Virus record (IMG/VR): IMGVR_UViG_3300045988_161139
DNA length: 38,151 nt
Strand: one strand, 5' to 3'
Source: a virus
Shown here: piece after piece, positions 35,121 through 38,151 of the stretch
Layout of the letters: the number at the start of each line of letters is the position of its first letter
Position numbering within the stretch: position 1 is the first letter of the stretch
Program-made: the position numbers and the translations under genes
The notes under the pieces: generated by a model
The model's database searches: none
What the model saw: the letters and a program-made list of their open reading frames with translations, nothing else
What the model was told of the DNA's origin: nothing

Positions 35121-35791
35121 ATTTTCTGCTGTTTACTGTTTAGATATTCGTCGTAAAATTTGGCGAAGACTACCGCCGTCGTATCGTCCGCATCGTAAGT
35201 GCGACGAAGGAAGGCGATGACATCGAATTTCGTCGGGTCTTTGACCGTCGTACTGCCCTTGTACGCCCAGCGCATGAACTGATCGCGCAAGACCGGATCG
35301 TTCAGCATATCGGCCGTGATCCGTTTCTTCGGAGCTGCCTGCACGGCTGCGGCAGCCGGGATCGGGTCGGGAGCAGCCGGCAGGCGTTGCACGGAGCTCT
35401 GAGGTGGCGCCCCCGCGCCGGTCTGTCTGCCCTTGAATACCTCGGCTCCGATACCCAACCAGGAACAAACCTTCGTCAGCGCATCCGTGGTCGCTCCCTT
35501 GCAGGCGTCGCCCAGATCGGCGTTATCGTTGCCGCCAAAACACTCGTAATAGATGCCGTATTCAGGGATCGAAAAACGTAGCTTGACGACGACCATGCGC
35601 TCGGAACGTTCGACGATCTCCGTCTCCACACGCCATGAGCCTACGCCGAAAACCTCGTTGAGCCGTTCCGTTACATAAATCGACTTGATAGACGACAGGA
35701 ACTTCTTCGTCGGATGCTGCGAGACGGCTTCATCGGGAAGACGTCGATCCAATGCCGCCTTCTGTTCGGGGGTGATAGTTCGTGTTTCCAT
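35117..35791 (-). CDS. Rad52/Rad22-type single-strand annealing protein (recombinase)
   Basis: ...IKSIYVTERLNEVFGVGSWRVETEIVE...VVVKLRFSIPEYGIYYECFGGNDNADLGDACKGATTDALTKVCSWLGIG matches the Rad52 fold motifs (FG..GWS ... G.G ... K.A.TDA.K). Confidence 0.75.
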   Translation of the reverse strand: METRTITPEQKAALDRRLPDEAVSQHPTKKFLSSIKSIYVTERLNEVFGVGSWRVETEIVERSERMVVVKLRFSIPEYGIYYECFGGNDNADLGDACKGATTDALTKVCSWLGIGAEVFKGRQTGAGAPPQSSVQRLPAAPDPIPAAAAVQAAPKKRITADMLNDPVLRDQFMRWAYKGSTTVKDPTKFDVIAFLRRTYDADDTTAVVFAKFYDEYLNSKQQKI

Positions 35792-35796
35792 AGCCT

Positions 35797-35961
35797 ATTT
35801 ATCCTCTACTATTCTATGCGTGAACTTCTTCGCATCGAGATGGCGCATCATGTACGCGATCTCTTTGCGTATCTCGTGCGTCCGCAACTTGCGGCTCCAA
35901 CTCCCCGACGCTACAATATTCGTAGGACGGGCGATCTCGTAGATTTCGATTCTCGTTTTCA
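35797..35961 (-). CDS. Small protein (54 aa), hypothetical
   Basis: Minus-strand translation: MKTRIEIYEIARPTNIVASGSWSRKLRTHEIRKEIAYMMRHLDAKKFTHRIVEDK*. It ends 3 nt before the Rad52 start. Confidence 0.4.
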
Positions 35962-35976
35962 TGTGTGACAGATTGG

Positions 35977-36417
35977 TTAGTTGAGTTGCTTTTCAAGGAT
36001 TATTGCATAGTCCGGATATTCTCGGCCATATTGGTCATATACCACGCGAACGCATACCCTGTCGCCCGTGTATTCGGCGTAGCGCTCCACACTGCCGTCG
36101 TCGTGGCTGCCGCCGATGCGCGATTCGTATTCCGCGTAGAAATCGACCGAAGCCGTCAGACCTCTATATTCAACCTCGCAGGTTCCGGATTCCAGCCCGA
36201 GATCATGGGTGATCGCTTCGTTAATCTGTCTGGCGAACTCTTGCAGTTCGGAAGGAACGAGATGTATTTTCGGTTCCTCGATACCGCAGACCACCACAAT
36301 CGGCTCGTCTTTCGACTTCGTGTGCAGGTCATACCCGTAACGGGCCGGTACACTCAAACTCGGATAAACCGCGTATTCTTCTTTTGGCGTTTTCATGCTT
36401 TTCTCAGAATTTTGCAT
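35977..36417 (-). CDS. Hypothetical protein
   Basis: 146-aa ORF. An internal start MKTPKEEY... is possible. Confidence 0.4.
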   Translation of the reverse strand: MQNSEKSMKTPKEEYAVYPSLSVPARYGYDLHTKSKDEPIVVVCGIEEPKIHLVPSELQEFARQINEAITHDLGLESGTCEVEYRGLTASVDFYAEYESRIGGSHDDGSVERYAEYTGDRVCVRVVYDQYGREYPDYAIILEKQLN

Positions 36418-37030
36418 GTTGACGATTGTAGATTCTCCGCATGGAGTTCATCAGATCGGGGAACGTCCGGATATACCCCATATCGACCGAGAAGGCCAGT
36501 TTGCGTTGCAGGTCGTCCAACGCCCGAAGCTGATTCGGCGATGCCGTGTTCCGGATGTCGCGTTCATGCTTGTTGAAGACGATCCAGTTCAAACCCCGCG
36601 CAACCTGAGAATAATCCACATCCGGAAGCGCGGCGATCGACCGTGCAAGTACGTTGTAGTTGTCGCCCGCATGATGCCGGTACTCGATCAGCTGGTCGTA
36701 AACGAATTTCACGACTTTAACCTCGAAGCGGGGATTGAGCCACATCGCAAACTTCACGAACAGGTACGGGTGCATCCATGTACCGCCGTTGTATTTGCCG
36801 CGTGTTTTTAAATATGCCAAATTTGGCACCTTTAAATTTTCCTCCTCCATCAGCGCCTCGATGAAATCTTTGGTGTTCTGATTTTCAAAGAAGTCCTGTA
36901 TTCGTTTGTTGCTGTTCTTGGCTTTGTTCCATTGCGCAAGCAACGACGTCGCGTTGAACATGCCGTCTCTCGTGCGTTGGTATACCTCGAATTTACCCAG
37001 CGGGCGGGTCATGATGACATTGCTTTTCAT
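36404..37030 (-). CDS. KilA-N domain protein (antirepressor-type)
   Basis: ...FNATSLLAQWNKAKNSNKRIQDFFENQNTKDFIEALM...LKTRGKYNGGTWMHPYLFVKFAMWLNPRFEVKV matches KilA-N (GGTW.HP.la..fA.Wlsp.F). Confidence 0.75.
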   Translation of the reverse strand: MKSNVIMTRPLGKFEVYQRTRDGMFNATSLLAQWNKAKNSNKRIQDFFENQNTKDFIEALMEEENLKVPNLAYLKTRGKYNGGTWMHPYLFVKFAMWLNPRFEVKVVKFVYDQLIEYRHHAGDNYNVLARSIAALPDVDYSQVARGLNWIVFNKHERDIRNTASPNQLRALDDLQRKLAFSVDMGYIRTFPDLMNSMRRIYNRQHAKF

Positions 37031-37146
37031 CGTTCGTTGAAGAATTCGTTAAACTTCCGTTCGAAATATGCTCTGTGCGCGGCCGCAAACCCGTAGGCGG
37101 CCAGGATCGCACACGAGAAAAGAACAAGGATCACAAGCTCGGCCAT
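37027..37146 (-). CDS. Small membrane protein (39 aa)
   Basis: MAELVILVLFSCAILAAYGFAAAHRAYFERKFNEFFNER*. Its stop overlaps the KilA-N ATG (ATGA). Confidence 0.35.
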   Translation of the reverse strand: MAELVILVLFSCAILAAYGFAAAHRAYFERKFNEFFNER

Positions 37147-37300
37147 AACACTTGCGGTTCGGAGAGACGTTTGCGCTCTCGATAGATGAACAGATCGCGT
37201 TTGCGACGCTGAGTATGGACTCGTTTATACCACATGCACCAGAAATAACCGGCCACTCTCTTCCAGAGAGGCGCGGGCTTCAATTCGAATGAATCCATGA
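37133..37300 (-). CDS. Small basic protein (55 aa)
   Basis: MDSFELKPAPLWKRVAGYFWCMWYKRVHTQRRKRDLFIYRERKRLSEPQVLWPSL*. It is tightly packed between neighbouring genes. Confidence 0.3.
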
Positions 37301-37309
37301 TCGTTTATT

Positions 37310-37582
37310 TTATCGGTTCTTGTAGATGCGTTCCAGACAGTCGAGCTTGCTGCCCACACTTTCGACGGACGAGTAGCGGCCCGTGAGTACATTGTCGCAC
37401 CAACGGAAGACAACAGCAATCGCGCAGCGCGTGAATTCGCGCGGCGTGAGTGGTTCTTGAATATCTTCAAGGTGGAACAATCGAACGATCTCCGATTTCG
37501 TGAGGTGACTGTACGGGTAAGGTACGGATGTAGCCCCGCTACTGTTCTTCGCGGGTCGGCTACTTTTAACTTGGTCTCGCAT
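37310..37582 (-). CDS. Hypothetical protein, first gene of the minus-strand early operon
   Basis: 90-aa ORF downstream of a TATATTTGCAATG box. Confidence 0.4.
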   Translation of the reverse strand: MRDQVKSSRPAKNSSGATSVPYPYSHLTKSEIVRLFHLEDIQEPLTPREFTRCAIAVVFRWCDNVLTGRYSSVESVGSKLDCLERIYKNR

Positions 37583-37614
37583 TGTCAGTTAAAAGTTTGT
37601 ATGTATAGGGCAAT

Positions 37615-37710
37615 AAAAAAGGCGTTGCCCCTATCAGTTTGCGAGACCGACACGACTACCGTAGTAGAAGTGGACAAAGGGCAACGCTTTATTACAAGCG
37701 TTAATTATGT
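37615..37710 (-). other. Two hairpins in the leader between the methyltransferase stop and the early operon (TAGGGGCAA-CGCCTTTTTTA-TTGCCCTA; AACGCTT-GTAATA-AAGCGTT)
   Basis: Read directly at 37615..37643 and 37687..37706. Candidate terminator for the methyltransferase transcript and/or regulatory leader. Confidence 0.35.
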
Positions 37711-37745
37711 TCTTTTGATACGATCATCGTATCGATCTCGCATTG

Positions 37746-37760
37746 CAAATATACGAATTC
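37746..37760 (-). promoter_or_regulatory. Early promoter -7 box (minus strand CGTATATTTGCAATG), same core as the switch-region boxes
   Basis: Plus-strand cattgcaaatatacg is the reverse complement of TATATTTGCAATG. It points into the replication module. Confidence 0.45.
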
Positions 37761-37781
37761 ATTTTGAATTTGCAAAAAAAA

Positions 37782-38151
37782 TCATAGCAACATCTGTGTG
37801 CCTAAATACTTTTTTACTCGTTTATTACTCGTTTCGGCATATTTCGGATCGATCTCATACCCCACGAATCGGCGTCCCAGTTTGGCAGCCATTGCACACT
37901 CCGTTCCGCTTCCTGCGAAGGGTACCACCACGAGTGCACCGGGACGTGTCGTGACCTGAATCAGATAACTGGTGATCGCCTCGCCTTTGACTGTGTCGTG
38001 CCCGTAGTGTTTCGATGCGCCGGAATCTTGCGGAAACTGCAATACGTCGGTCGACCGTTCGGGAAGATTGAACGGCCTCCGCAACTCCTCGTAGTCCCTC
38101 CGCAACTCCTCGTAGTCCCTCCGCAACTCCTCGTAGTCCCTCCGCAACTCC
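37782..38151 (-). CDS. DNA N6/N4 methyltransferase, C-terminal part (SAM-binding FxGxG half)
   Basis: The ORF begins (L/M)RRDYEELRRDYEELRRDYEELRRP..., followed by VVPFAGSGTECAMAAKLGRRFVGYEIDPKYAE, which is motif I (FxGSGT) of beta-class N6_N4 methyltransferases. Motif IV (DPPY) is in the 1..712 part, the order expected for the ParB-methyltransferase/beta class. Confidence 0.8.
   Translation of the reverse strand, partial: ELRRDYEELRRDYEELRRDYEELRRPFNLPERSTDVLQFPQDSGASKHYGHDTVKGEAITSYLIQVTTRPGALVVVPFAGSGTECAMAAKLGRRFVGYEIDPKYAETSNKRVKKYLGTQMLL
38078..38151. repeat. 21-bp tandem repeat, about 3.5 copies, in frame within the methyltransferase (encodes RRDYEEL heptads)
   Basis: ccgcaactcctcgtagtccct repeated to the end of the window. 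Same unit as positions 1..52. Confidence 0.9.

Overview
The window reads as a complete, circularly permuted temperate tailed-phage genome of about 38 kb with high GC. The evidence for circularity is a DNA N6/N4-methyltransferase gene split across the window ends (start codon at 712, stop at 37782) through a 21-bp in-frame tandem repeat present at both termini. Recurrent TAnnTTTG -7 boxes and the protein families present (ORF6N, Panacea, KilA-N) suggest a Bacteroidota host, which is inference. Nearly all structural and replication genes lie on the minus strand in tightly coupled operons with ATGA/TAATG overlaps. From high to low coordinates these run: early module 37582->32391 (KilA-N, Rad52-type single-strand annealing protein (SSAP), replication initiator, DnaC-like loader, VRR-NUC nuclease); an accessory cluster 32021->29600 (pentapeptide-repeat protein, a C5-cytosine methyltransferase broken over three frames that runs without a stop into a CX3CX2C domain); small phage proteins (ASCH, YopX, DUF551-like); terS/terL/portal/HK97 protease/HK97 major capsid protein (MCP) (26446->21359); head-tail and tail genes, tape measure (15663->13072), LamG-type tail fibre, holin and M15 endolysin (7919->7327). 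The plus strand carries the lysogeny/accessory arm: small tyrosine recombinase (6079..6741), ORF6N protein, an AT-rich moron island, a Panacea-domain antitoxin with an unknown partner, and an XRE/cI-like regulator facing a minus-strand HTH gene across a face-to-face promoter region. Two tRNA-type genes (tRNA-Gln and an aberrant 120-nt tRNA-like element) sit directly upstream of the methyltransferase. All protein family calls are from motif recognition by eye; no database search was run.
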